From a virus, in the IMG/VR virus record IMGVR_UViG_3300032313_001281, positions 1-64,000 of that record: 64,000 bases of DNA, one strand, 5' to 3'. Of this stretch, positions 27,443 through 36,536 are shown one piece after another. Within the stretch, counting starts at the first letter, position 1. Every line of letters begins with the position of its first letter. Position numbers and translations under genes: made by a program. Under the pieces are notes generated by a model. That model made no database searches. It saw only the letters and a list, made by a program, of their open reading frames with translations, and was not told the DNA's origin.

Positions 27443-27945
27443 GTGATATACTCGTTGGTATGTGTGTTTGAATGAAATCCAGCAATTACATCTCTATGCA
27501 AGGGCAGTTCTTCTAAGCTGTAACAACCAGGTTCTATAGAGTATTTAACAGTGCCAGATCCGGGTCCTGCAAAAGTCACACGGTGTGGATGCCCTGCTGT
27601 GGCCTGATTCACAAACACATGATGCAGATGTCCATAGTCGCCTTGCTCATTGTGTGTGAGTATCAAATCGTAATTTGAAATGATATCGCCAATTTCTTTG
27701 CGAGCCTGTGCTTCATCAAAGCTGATGCGTTTATTTTCGATGTCGTGCCAGTCATCTCGATAGCCCAAAAATACTGTTGGTATGTTTCTGCGATTCCAAA
27801 ACTGTCGGAATTCTTGTGCCCGTGGTTGCCAATCACAGTAGGTAAGATAACATATGGTCCATTCATGTTCGGGATGATTGTGTATGTAACTGTAGGCAAA
27901 TATCACACAGTCATCCGGGTGCGCCACCATGGCCATGGCTTTCAT
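27427..27945 (-). CDS. PIG-L/LmbE-family N-acetyl-sugar deacetylase
   Basis: VAHPDD and THN..GDYGHLHH motifs. Confidence 0.8.
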   Translation of the reverse strand: MKAMAMVAHPDDCVIFAYSYIHNHPEHEWTICYLTYCDWQPRAQEFRQFWNRRNIPTVFLGYRDDWHDIENKRISFDEAQARKEIGDIISNYDLILTHNEQGDYGHLHHVFVNQATAGHPHRVTFAGPGSGTVKYSIEPGCYSLEELPLHRDVIAGFHSNTHTNEYITCKNT

Positions 27946-28574
27946 GCCAGATAAGTTCCGTTGGTTGTTGATCTAAAAAGATTGTGTAAATCCTGCCAGT
28001 TAGTGATCCAATCTTTGAAGTTGTGGGGACTGGGTCTATTGATTTTGCCCACCTTGTTTCCGTCATAGTAGATGCCCAGGGTGTTGGCTATATGCACCAC
28101 GCCGTGATGCATTATATCTTCATAGTATATGGTGACAACTTTTTTGAAATTATCAAAGTTGCCATTGGGCCATGAACTATAAGACCGCAACACTGACAGA
28201 AATTTTTGTTCCGACACAACAGTGGGCAATGCTGGTTTATCTGTGTAGTCCTTGCCATTCCATTCTTGTGTGATTTCCGCCACCAATAAACTAATGGTCT
28301 GCGCAAATTTGTCTTTTCGATCACTCAAAATCAAAATTGCATGTTCTGGGTCAATTCCCAAGTTTGCGACAGTGAGATTCAAATTGTGTGTGTGTATGAC
28401 AATATTTTGATCTGTATCATAACTTTCGTAAGGCTGGGGATTTTTAGGATGCCAATAACATTGGGCATTGCCCAGCCCTCCTGCTGTGTTGCCCACGCCA
28501 GACATTGCTTCAAGAATGATATGGCTGCCGGTTCTACCGGGAGTATTAATAATGTAAGTTTCTCTGGTATTCAT
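27942..28574 (-). CDS. Sulfotransferase-like P-loop protein
   Basis: PGRTGS, R..FAQTIS, IYYED, WITNW pattern resembling Stf0-type sulfotransferases. Confidence 0.55.
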   Translation of the reverse strand: MNTRETYIINTPGRTGSHIILEAMSGVGNTAGGLGNAQCYWHPKNPQPYESYDTDQNIVIHTHNLNLTVANLGIDPEHAILILSDRKDKFAQTISLLVAEITQEWNGKDYTDKPALPTVVSEQKFLSVLRSYSSWPNGNFDNFKKVVTIYYEDIMHHGVVHIANTLGIYYDGNKVGKINRPSPHNFKDWITNWQDLHNLFRSTTNGTYLA

Positions 28575-29410
28575 ACCAGGTCTTGAGCTGTGGCAAGCCC
28601 ATGAGTCAACAACAGATTCTTGTAATGGTTGCGTTGGTCTTGACTCATCTGTGCCCAGGCATATCTATGCACACTCACAGTCAGATTATCTGGGTCGTGC
28701 ATCAACTTCAATTTTTCATCAATTTGGTGCGTTTGATTGCGACACAAGTTACATACGGTATAAGGATTAGTCAAACTATAGAACTTGTCCATCGACCCGT
28801 GCAACAGCAGATTGAATCCAACATACAACAAATATTCAGTTACCATGCCTTGTTTTTGAAACCAATCGCTGAATTTTTCACCGGTTCGAGAATGAATTTC
28901 ATCTAACATTTTTCTTATAGTTTGACCATGGAAGAAAAATGGAACACCCGATGAGCCACCATTTTTGGTGAGTTTCACATCAAACAAGTGTCCCACAATT
29001 TTGGCGCTGGTGTCAAATACTTCTGGTATTGGCATGGTGCCACCGATAGGTTTGCCCTCAGGTAATACCAAATCCAATGTAACGGGTTTTACTATTATGG
29101 TTTTGGCATCTAGGATCATGATGAATTCATTTTCACTGTGGGCAGCTCCAAGAACCTTTAAGGCTTGTTGGCTTACCCAACCATCATCCACATACCAATC
29201 TGCTAGGGCACTTCTATGCAACACACGCACACAATTTTGTAAAGGTCCCCACCATGTTTTGTCAATCAAATCAACAACTTGGGGATCATCGTTGACCACA
29301 ACAAATATATTCTTTATACCTATGTGCTGGCAATTTTTAGAAATGCTTTCAGCCTGAACCTTTAAAATAGGCAGTTCGGGTTTAAAAACCACAGTCAATG
29401 TGTCAATCAT
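28571..29410 (-). CDS. GT-A-like protein (DUF6492-like)
   Basis: GWVSQQALK, ILDAK, TEYLLY. Start MIDTL follows the upstream terminator. Confidence 0.5.
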   Translation of the reverse strand: MIDTLTVVFKPELPILKVQAESISKNCQHIGIKNIFVVVNDDPQVVDLIDKTWWGPLQNCVRVLHRSALADWYVDDGWVSQQALKVLGAAHSENEFIMILDAKTIIVKPVTLDLVLPEGKPIGGTMPIPEVFDTSAKIVGHLFDVKLTKNGGSSGVPFFFHGQTIRKMLDEIHSRTGEKFSDWFQKQGMVTEYLLYVGFNLLLHGSMDKFYSLTNPYTVCNLCRNQTHQIDEKLKLMHDPDNLTVSVHRYAWAQMSQDQRNHYKNLLLTHGLATAQDLV

Positions 29411-29424
29411 CTTTTTACTTATAC

Positions 29425-29451
29425 AAAAAAAGCCCCCTAAGGAGCTTTTTT
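29425..29451 (-). terminator. Rho-independent terminator after the porin gene
   Basis: AAAAAAGC...GCTTTTTT hairpin with A/U tracts on both sides. Confidence 0.7.
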
Positions 29452-29467
29452 GTATCACTTTTAAAAA

Positions 29468-30208
29468 TCAATTAAAAGTTTTTGTCAACCCAACTACCAC
29501 TGCGTTCTTGTAGAGCTTTTGGCCCGATACAGTGTTGGCAGTTTCAAAGGCGCCGGTTGTGCCAGTATTGGTGAAATACTTGACACTGACGTCATACTCT
29601 CGTGGTAAGCTGTAAACAAACCCAGCATTGATGTCATTGTAATCATATGCTGAACTGTTGGCCACATTGGTACGACCATAGTGAGCAACCACAGCAAGAT
29701 TCTTGATCACAGGAACTGGTAACTTGCCATCAACTTGTGTATAGTTGGTGCCACGAGCATTGGCTGTACCGAAGTAACCGTTGCCCAAGGTTTGGCTATA
29801 CTTGGCAGAAATAATATCTTTGTAACCCAATCCAACATAGCCTTCATAGGTGTCAAAGCCGGAGCCAGTTGAGGCTGATGTGGCGGCACGTGGATAGAAA
29901 TAGTTGTAGCTACCAACGTCAACGCTGATACCTTTAAAAATTTCTTTCTTGTAACCGGCATAGAGGTCGCTTTCTAAGCCTGCACCTGAAGTGTAGACTT
30001 GGCTAGAAACCGAGCTGTTCCAGTTACCAACGTAGAAGCCACTCTTGGTTGCATAGTCAATGCCGCCCTGAACTGCAGGAGCATTTTGGGTTTGGCTAAC
30101 ACCGCGGAAACGGTAGTCGCTGGTCAAACCTAAATTGCCAGTGAGTTGAGCTTGAGCCGAGGCAACAAAGCCAGCGGACAAGGCTAATGCGATTAATAAT
30201 TTTTTCAT
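29468..30208 (-). CDS. TorF-family putative outer-membrane porin
   Basis: Signal peptide; GNLGLTSDYRFRGVSQT..PAVQGGIDY...GFYVGNWNS, E.DLYAGY; C-terminal KTF. Confidence 0.85.
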   Translation of the reverse strand: MKKLLIALALSAGFVASAQAQLTGNLGLTSDYRFRGVSQTQNAPAVQGGIDYATKSGFYVGNWNSSVSSQVYTSGAGLESDLYAGYKKEIFKGISVDVGSYNYFYPRAATSASTGSGFDTYEGYVGLGYKDIISAKYSQTLGNGYFGTANARGTNYTQVDGKLPVPVIKNLAVVAHYGRTNVANSSAYDYNDINAGFVYSLPREYDVSVKYFTNTGTTGAFETANTVSGQKLYKNAVVVGLTKTFN

Positions 30209-30285
30209 GCTTGAGATTTTCCTTTTAGAAGAATGCTGGACGATCGCCCAACAAATTATTTAGTGGTTATCACTGACGGACCAAC

Positions 30286-30312
30286 AAAAAAGCCTGATTT
30301 CTCAGGCTTTTT
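30286..30312. terminator. Bidirectional terminator downstream of tmRNA
   Basis: AAAAAGCCTGA-TTTC-TCAGGCTTTTT. Confidence 0.85.
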
Positions 30313-30645
30313 AGACTAGTTTGGGTGACAAGGCATAGTTGCCCCGGAGATCATGCCGCTAAGGCAAAGACCTCGTTATTAGATGCGTTTGCATTTAATA
30401 GAGTTGCTTGATTTACAGTCATCGCCTACTGTGTAGATCCTGTTCATACTTGTTGCCACGTCGAAACTGTGTATGGCCCATCAAAAGCATATTGTAACGC
30501 GAACAAGAGTGAGTCGTTCCAAGTCGCCAGATCAACAAACACATTTCTGCGTTGTTCTCGCACCTGCAATATGCTTTTGGTGGACCATTCGGGCACTGCC
30601 CCCGAGTCCGCAACACCTTTCTGTCAAGGCATTAAACTACAATTC
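30313..30645 (-). ncRNA. ssrA: Circularly permuted (two-piece) tmRNA; tag (A)ANASNNEVFALAA*
   Basis: Acceptor piece ...GGACTCGGGGGCAGTGCCCGAATGGTCCACCA ends at 30578. A 98-nt intervening segment follows. The coding piece starts GGGCCAT at 30479 (G3.U70 pair) and has TTTCGAC; tag reading frame 30392-30351. Outer ends approximate. Confidence 0.9.
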
Positions 30646-30651
30646 TTTAAT

Positions 30652-30680
30652 ATTATACGACACACCTATTTATGTGTCAA
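30652..30680 (-). promoter_or_regulatory. Consensus sigma70 promoter (with embedded TAAATA) for tmRNA
   Basis: TTGACA-CATAAATAGGTGTGTCG-TATAAT. Confidence 0.88.
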
Positions 30681-30719
30681 CCAGATCCGACCCACCACCA
30701 CGTTTTGAGAACGTGGAAA

Positions 30720-30788
30720 CTATAATACCAACAAGAATACCACAACAACAATGACCACACCAATGGCCCAACTGTAGTCTTGATTCAT
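30720..30788 (-). CDS. Possible 22-aa single-TM peptide
   Basis: MNQDYSWAIGVVIVVVVFLLVL*; ATGA-coupled to the upstream small ORF. Confidence 0.4.
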   Translation of the reverse strand: MNQDYSWAIGVVIVVVVFLLVL

Positions 30789-30869
30789 TCGTTATCCCTC
30801 CATGCCTTCAACTCAATCATGGCATACAACAACAGGGACACTGCAATTATGGAAAACATGATCAACATG

Positions 30870-31043
30870 TTAATTGTAACCTTTGATGTTTTTGCCGTCA
30901 ATCTTAGGATTGCCTCGTACAATCGCGTTTTCAAGTCGACGGTTGCGATCACGTTCGGGCGGTAACGGCCCACAACCTAACCTTGCCCACTCATCATCTG
31001 AGTAGTAGTAGCTTTCCACCGGTAGTTTCTTTTGCTGTCCCAT
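30870..31043 (-). CDS. Small hypothetical protein (start MGQQKK)
   Basis: ATG lies 5 nt after TATAAATA. Confidence 0.6.
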   Translation of the reverse strand: MGQQKKLPVESYYYSDDEWARLGCGPLPPERDRNRRLENAIVRGNPKIDGKNIKGYN

Positions 31044-31055
31044 AAAAATATTTAT

Positions 31056-31082
31056 AAAAAAACCCACCATTGGTGGGTTTTA
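31056..31082 (-). terminator. Rho-independent terminator after the dctP-like gene
   Basis: AAACCCACC-AAT-GGTGGGTTT plus U-tract. Confidence 0.85.
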
Positions 31083-31100
31083 TTTGATGCGTCTAATCGA

Positions 31101-32057
31101 TCAAGCCTTGCGGATACGTTGAATTAGATTGTCAGCAAATGTGCTTTCAAATTCAGCATACACTGACTGCATCTTGTCCTTCATTGATGCTGTTTCTTCT
31201 GCGGTAGGCTCATACACCGTCTTGCCTTCACTGATCAAACGATCACGTGCTTGGATACCATCAACAATTGTGGTTTGACGTTCGTTACGGCCGGCTTGGA
31301 TAGCGGCTGTCTTGATCACTGCTTTGACTTCTGCACTGAGACTGTCCCAGAAACGATCACCAATTATCATTGTGGTCAAGAACAAGCTGTGCTTGCTGTC
31401 AACAACACTTTGGATTACATCGTTCTGGTTCAACGGATAGATGCGGCTATACACTGTGTCATTACCGTTGCAATCGCCACGGGCCACGTGTTCACGTGCT
31501 TCTTCAGTTTCGCAAATGAATGGCTCAACGCCACTCATGGTACGGATCACAGCACGGCCCACTGGGTTACGATTTGAACGTAGTTTTTCACCAGTCAAGT
31601 CGGCCAATGTGCTCACTGGCTTGTTCACGCCCAAGCAACGGAAGCCGCCCGAGTATGTGTAAGCAAGTCCGCGAACATTGCTGTTGTCTGTGAGTTTGGC
31701 TAACAAAGTTTCGCCAACTTCACCTTCAAGCACACGGCTAGCATGGTCATGATCGTTGAAAATGTAAGGCATTTCAAACGCCAAGAAATCGTGTTCATAA
31801 TGTTCAGCCAACCAAGTGGTGTACATCTGACTCATTTCAATTTTGCCCTGTTCCATCAGGTCTAACAAATCGTGCTTAGTGACTACAATGCCATCGTTAT
31901 ACCTGGCACTGTATTCACCCAACGTCATAACTTCAATTTCAATTTTCTCTGCAGATTGCTGTGCATTGATTTCTTTTTCAAAATCTTGTGCTGCACGTAC
32001 AAACAAGCTGAGTGGCTCGTGGGCAATAACCCAACGAATTTTAGTAGTTTTGCTCAT
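31101..32057 (-). CDS. TRAP transporter substrate-binding protein (DctP family), no signal peptide
   Basis: LDLMEQGKIEM, FEMPYIF, YSGGFR, LADLTGEKLR, FWDSLSAEVKAVIKTAA. The N-terminus lacks a hydrophobic stretch. Confidence 0.82.
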   Translation of the reverse strand: MSKTTKIRWVIAHEPLSLFVRAAQDFEKEINAQQSAEKIEIEVMTLGEYSARYNDGIVVTKHDLLDLMEQGKIEMSQMYTTWLAEHYEHDFLAFEMPYIFNDHDHASRVLEGEVGETLLAKLTDNSNVRGLAYTYSGGFRCLGVNKPVSTLADLTGEKLRSNRNPVGRAVIRTMSGVEPFICETEEAREHVARGDCNGNDTVYSRIYPLNQNDVIQSVVDSKHSLFLTTMIIGDRFWDSLSAEVKAVIKTAAIQAGRNERQTTIVDGIQARDRLISEGKTVYEPTAEETASMKDKMQSVYAEFESTFADNLIQRIRKA

Positions 32058-32071
32058 TTAAAATGAACTCC

Positions 32072-32196
32072 TTAATTATTAGTTGCTTACGACAGTGTCG
32101 CATACGGTCGGCGTCCCAGTGTATCACACTGGTAAAAGGGTATCACTACCCTAAGCGTCTTTATTTCCGACGTCAGAAGAACCCGGCGTTGCAATA
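32072..32196 (-). ncRNA. Candidate structured cis-regulatory leader RNA
   Basis: Three hairpins and a closing stem packed into an unusually long, GC-richer intergenic gap that ends at the AAGGAG RBS. Confidence 0.5.
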
Positions 32197-33111
32197 TTAT
32201 TTATCCAATGATACACCTTGTGTCAAACGTTTCCACTGTGCAACCTGTGAATTAAACCAAGCATCAATTTGATTGTCAGGCATCTGGTTATTTGGAACAC
32301 AGTTATCAGCATCATTGGCATTGCGTACACTTTGAGCACGACTGGCTTCCACCAGGATCTTGCGTATTTCACGGAACTTTTCATCTGACAATTTACGTGA
32401 TGCAAAAATCTGCTGTGGAGTACTCATGTCACCGAGGTCTTTATTAAATCCCTGCTTTGACAACAATTCTGTGCCTTTGATACTGGCTTGTCCGGTTTGC
32501 CCAAGCCAATAAACTTTTTTAGCAGATCCAGGAACAGTGTACTGTTCGCTGTCACCGTGGAATCCCACTGAAAAATCTACTGAACCATTGAGAACCCCTA
32601 ACAAAGCTTCGCTGGTGCTTTTAAACGGCACAATGGTTAAATTTGGATAATTTTTGGCAATCTGAATACTGACCAAATGTGTGGTAGTGCCCATGCCGCT
32701 CATGCCAATGGATAGTTTAGCATCACGTGGCACGTCTTGCCAGCTTTTGTATCGGGCGCTGCTGATCACAAAAGGACTCACACACATAGGCAGAATACTG
32801 CGAAAATCTGCCATGCTGTGACTGTCAGCTGGCAACAAATTTGGACGAATAAATCCAGCAGAACTGTTAATCCACAAGGTATTTGAAGGGTTGTTTGTGG
32901 TGTAATTTGCTGCCACGGTACCACCAGCTCCGGGTTTGGTATCAAACAAAAATGTGTATTGCGTCTGTAGTTTGTTGGCTTCTTCGGTTAATGCACGATA
33001 GAAATTTGCTGCCTTGTCGGCAGCTGTCCAACTATAAGCCAGGGTAATAGTTTCTTTTGCTGACACTGTCAACGACAGGGTGGCTAGCAATAATGTTAAT
33101 AATTTCTTCAT
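32197..33111 (-). CDS. Bug/TctC-family substrate-binding protein
   Basis: Signal peptide; KPGAGGTVA, GMGTTTHL, VPFKSTSEALLGVLNGSVD. Confidence 0.82.
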   Translation of the reverse strand: MKKLLTLLLATLSLTVSAKETITLAYSWTAADKAANFYRALTEEANKLQTQYTFLFDTKPGAGGTVAANYTTNNPSNTLWINSSAGFIRPNLLPADSHSMADFRSILPMCVSPFVISSARYKSWQDVPRDAKLSIGMSGMGTTTHLVSIQIAKNYPNLTIVPFKSTSEALLGVLNGSVDFSVGFHGDSEQYTVPGSAKKVYWLGQTGQASIKGTELLSKQGFNKDLGDMSTPQQIFASRKLSDEKFREIRKILVEASRAQSVRNANDADNCVPNNQMPDNQIDAWFNSQVAQWKRLTQGVSLDK

Positions 33112-33120
33112 AATTTTCCT

Positions 33121-34305
33121 TTAAAATTTAAAATGTACATTGGTTCCAGGATCCTCAAAAGATGCTTCGCCAAGATAATAAAACGGACTAATGAACCCTA
33201 CAAATCCAACAGGACGGCCCATTTCATTGTTAAAATATTTTGGATCAATTGAATCGACTAGATACTTTAGGCCACTTTGCCAGGCGCGATATGCATGAGT
33301 TTCTTGAAAGTTGGTGTAAAACCAATGATCCATTTCGTTGTAAAAACTATTGGTGGGTTTTGATGTTTGAAATGTGGTTGGGTCAAATTCGGGATAGATC
33401 AAGGGTTTGATAATGTGTTCATAAGTGGTGCGTTGTGTAAAACTATAGTTGGGCCAACGAACCAGGTGCTGAAGATATTTGTTGCTGTCTAGATTGAACC
33501 AATTTTTTATCATGTGTGCCTGTTTGGCCAGCAGTTCCGGCAAGTCTGGACTCCAGAAAAAATATTCATTGGTAACATTGGTATATCCGGCTGTATCAGG
33601 ATTGGCCGCATTGGCCTGAACATCCATAAAATACAAATACCACTTTTTATCTTTAATGCAAATCTTGGGTTTATCTATGCCCCACAGCACACAAACTCGC
33701 TGGCCTTGATCCAATTTTCTTTTATGGTCATCCACTGCGTCCACTGTGTGTTTAAAAGGATGCCCGGGTTGAAAGTAATCTCTGGTTTTAAAAACCCAAC
33801 TTTCGTCATGTCGACTTCGAAGCATGTCTTCACTGTAATCGTGTATGGTAATTCGTGTTTGTGGACTGTGCGTAGCAATCCAGTCCAACACAGGCATGGC
33901 CGCATAACGAGCTTCACTTAAGGTGTTTTCTGGTTTGGTATTGAAGGGGTCGTCAGTGACATTTTTCTCTCCAGTTTTGGGATAGCGAAACACCACTTCA
34001 TCTAGATGTATGCCGTTGTTGATAAAACTGTAGGCCGCAGTCACTGAATCACCACCGCCTGAAAATTCTAGTCGCACATAGTCATATTTTTCTCTGATCT
34101 GTTGAGCACGTATTCGATAAAGTTCGAGCAGATTAATTTCGGGTTCCTCTAACCAATTCACACTGTCAAACGTTGATCGATTGAAATTCCATTCTGGAAA
34201 TTGGTTGCGTTGGGTACCTTGAATCAACGCCTGAACTTTGTTGTGGAACTTGTCTGGCCCTAATTGATAAAATCCCAGCTTGTCGTTTTTTTCAATGTTT
34301 AACAT
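33121..34305 (-). CDS. PP-loop (adenine nucleotide alpha-hydrolase) family protein
   Basis: FSGGGDS, DEVV, GIDKP, FFWSP...LLAKQAH. Paralogue of 19681-20838. Confidence 0.7.
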   Translation of the reverse strand: MLNIEKNDKLGFYQLGPDKFHNKVQALIQGTQRNQFPEWNFNRSTFDSVNWLEEPEINLLELYRIRAQQIREKYDYVRLEFSGGGDSVTAAYSFINNGIHLDEVVFRYPKTGEKNVTDDPFNTKPENTLSEARYAAMPVLDWIATHSPQTRITIHDYSEDMLRSRHDESWVFKTRDYFQPGHPFKHTVDAVDDHKRKLDQGQRVCVLWGIDKPKICIKDKKWYLYFMDVQANAANPDTAGYTNVTNEYFFWSPDLPELLAKQAHMIKNWFNLDSNKYLQHLVRWPNYSFTQRTTYEHIIKPLIYPEFDPTTFQTSKPTNSFYNEMDHWFYTNFQETHAYRAWQSGLKYLVDSIDPKYFNNEMGRPVGFVGFISPFYYLGEASFEDPGTNVHFKF

Positions 34306-34316
34306 ATATTAGTAGT

Positions 34317-34391
34317 TGGTGGGCCTTCTAAGAATTGAACTTAGACTCCAACGATTATGAGTCGTTTGCTTTACCATTAAGCTAAAGGCCC
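34317..34391 (-). tRNA. tRNA with CAU anticodon, probably tRNA-Ile2 (lysidine type)
   Basis: GGGCCTT/AAGGCCC acceptor typical of Ile2, loop CTCATAA, CCA. Confidence 0.85.
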
Positions 34392-34408
34392 TGATTTACA
34401 GTATAGCA

Positions 34409-34780
34409 TCAGGGCCGGTAATTGTCAAGGAATTGTTTGAGATTTCCATACAGGTTTACCATTACAGCTTCTCGGCTGCCAAAGAACACAATTTTTTTGG
34501 GTATGCCTTTGGTGGCTGAGATATAGTAAGGCATCTGCATTTTTCTATCTAGATCTAAAATGGTCTGTTGATTGAACAGCATGGGATCTGCTATTGCATA
34601 TTCATAGTGCTCGAGATCAAGATCCTTGACAAAGGTCCGATGTCCCGGACCTGTCAGGCGCATGCCTCCATTTTTTCTAAGATTGAACCACCAGGTCTTC
34701 ATGGCTGTGTCAACACTGACAGCTAGATGTTCGGGTAACTGCGATACCAGTTCGGTGGTTAGACGTCGTTTGTCTCGCAC
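34409..34780 (-). CDS. Hypothetical protein
   Basis: 123-aa ORF (WWFNLRKNGGMRLT). Confidence 0.7.
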   Translation of the reverse strand: MRDKRRLTTELVSQLPEHLAVSVDTAMKTWWFNLRKNGGMRLTGPGHRTFVKDLDLEHYEYAIADPMLFNQQTILDLDRKMQMPYYISATKGIPKKIVFFGSREAVMVNLYGNLKQFLDNYRP

Positions 34781-35868
34781 AATTTATGTTGAGTTGTCAG
34801 CGATAAAAGATCGATTCGATCGTACGATTTTTCATAAAACATATTTTTATTATGTAGTAATATACTCATATTATTATCCCAGTGCTTTTTCCATGTATCA
34901 ACGTCTAAATCTAGCAATCTTTTAACTTCTTCCTGGTAACTTTGATACCGCTGTTCATCGTCGACTACTGCATCGTACGAATAGTCTATAAAATTGGGGA
35001 ATTTAAACCCTAGCAAGGTTAAGTGGCTTATAAACCCGCTAGCACTAAACGGCAGTATAAAATGCCCTTTAAATAGCGGATCGTAAGTTTTTTCTGTCAC
35101 AGCAATAGTTGTTCCGTACTCGATAGTTTCGCCGTATATGCTAATAAATGTATTTTTATAATACTCGTTGTGCGGCGGCGAATACCCAAAATAGGATTGC
35201 GACGGACAAACTTGTTTTTCAAGATCTTGGATATTATTAATAAAAGGAAAGTCGCCGTGCGAATATAAAAATTTTGATGGATTATCGTCGCTATTTCCAA
35301 TATAACCTAAATTTTGATATTGGACACTGTCTAATAACTCAACCAACCGTGGCCTAAATTTTATAATCCTGGATCCATAACTTCTATACGTTTTATTTGG
35401 CGCTACAAAAATTTTAGATTTATTATTGGAGTCGGGTAAATTAACATCAACGTAGTTATTTTTATTATAATAATACCATTTTACGGTATTGTCTCTAAAC
35501 GGATAGTTGTTGTAGTATGCTTTGGTGCGATTGAATAAAAAATCATTGTGTATAATTTTGTTAGATGCTTCTGTAGTACTGATTGTGTTTGATATTATAA
35601 AAAAATTATCTGGTAAGTCTTTTAAAGTATCAATACACCTTGAAATTTGATCTTCAAAATTATGAAAAATATCTAACATTATGTAAAGTTTAGCTTTTAC
35701 ATTATTGATTACTACGCCCCCAAAAAAATCGTTAAATTCACAAACTGCGATATCAATAGTTGGGTGAGAAATATCATTAGTAACAGTATAATCATTGGGA
35801 TTATTTAAATCAAAAAACATTTTTAAATCACGGGTAGAAGAACTAGGAATGTATATAGTCAACGGCAT
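34759..35868 (-). CDS. AT-rich 'TEKT' glycosyltransferase-like protein
   Basis: ISIYGET...VTEKTYDPLFKGHFILPF...IDYSYD. Confidence 0.55.
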   Translation of the reverse strand: MPLTIYIPSSSTRDLKMFFDLNNPNDYTVTNDISHPTIDIAVCEFNDFFGGVVINNVKAKLYIMLDIFHNFEDQISRCIDTLKDLPDNFFIISNTISTTEASNKIIHNDFLFNRTKAYYNNYPFRDNTVKWYYYNKNNYVDVNLPDSNNKSKIFVAPNKTYRSYGSRIIKFRPRLVELLDSVQYQNLGYIGNSDDNPSKFLYSHGDFPFINNIQDLEKQVCPSQSYFGYSPPHNEYYKNTFISIYGETIEYGTTIAVTEKTYDPLFKGHFILPFSASGFISHLTLLGFKFPNFIDYSYDAVVDDEQRYQSYQEEVKRLLDLDVDTWKKHWDNNMSILLHNKNMFYEKSYDRIDLLSLTTQHKLCETNDV

Positions 35869-36536
35869 ACACTATTAATCTTTATAGTTGTCAATAGTCT
35901 TTGAACCAAATCGGCATGAGCCTTTGCACCAGGATGGCTGGCGTCTGGGAACAGGGGACTTGTCTTTTTAAGCTTCTGTAAGTAAAGTTCATGGTCCATG
36001 TATTTAAATTCTAGCTCTGGATCATCCATGCTTAGATTTGCAGTTGGGACCTGTAAAATCAAAGAGCTCCAGCTGGGTATGACAAAATCTGGAACAAAGT
36101 ATTCTTTGTGGCAAGGGTGTAGATCTCCATTGCCACCTATCAAGGCAACCTTGCATTGCAGTGAGTCAAAGAATTTTTGAAACTGTTGGTAGGTAAATCT
36201 TGCTACGGTTTGAATCCTATTGATTGAATTTGTGGGCACATTATCAAAATCTCTCAAGAAATCAGTTTGAAACCAGACCACCCAGTCGATATTTTTGATG
36301 TCGGTGGTCATTTGCATTGTCACACCATGCAACCCAGGGTGCAAAATTTCTTCCCCAGCCAAATATTCTTGTGCCCTTTGCAAAGAATAAAGATTACTGC
36401 CACCATTTTTGGCACAGTTTATGACCTTGTGGTCAAACGATTCAAGGAGATATTCTGTATGAGTTTTGGGAGGATCTCCCGGGGCACCATGGTAGTTGGG
36501 AACGCCCCAACTACACCCCATCAACAAAAAGTTCAT
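35859..36536 (-). CDS. SGNH-hydrolase-like protein
   Basis: GCSWG, NCAKNGGSN, DASHPG..AH. Confidence 0.65.
   Translation of the reverse strand: MNFLLMGCSWGVPNYHGAPGDPPKTHTEYLLESFDHKVINCAKNGGSNLYSLQRAQEYLAGEEILHPGLHGVTMQMTTDIKNIDWVVWFQTDFLRDFDNVPTNSINRIQTVARFTYQQFQKFFDSLQCKVALIGGNGDLHPCHKEYFVPDFVIPSWSSLILQVPTANLSMDDPELEFKYMDHELYLQKLKKTSPLFPDASHPGAKAHADLVQRLLTTIKINSVCR

Noticed and set aside
30419-30754. ORF-track ORFs of 65-93 aa
   Set aside because: They overlay the tmRNA gene and its promoter.
32100-32180. Assignment of the dctP leader to c-di-GMP-I (GGGACGC), pistol (CCCUAAGCG) or hammerhead (CUGA..GAAA) classes
   Set aside because: Only short fragments match; the partner motifs and required topology are missing.
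33121-34391. PP-loop protein next to tRNA-Ile2 as TilS, or either PP-loop protein as QueC
   Set aside because: Only SGGxDS is shared. The TilS motifs (HxxDDQAET, RPLL) and the QueC C-terminal Cys/Zn cluster are absent, and the paralogue at 19681 has no adjacent tRNA-Ile2.
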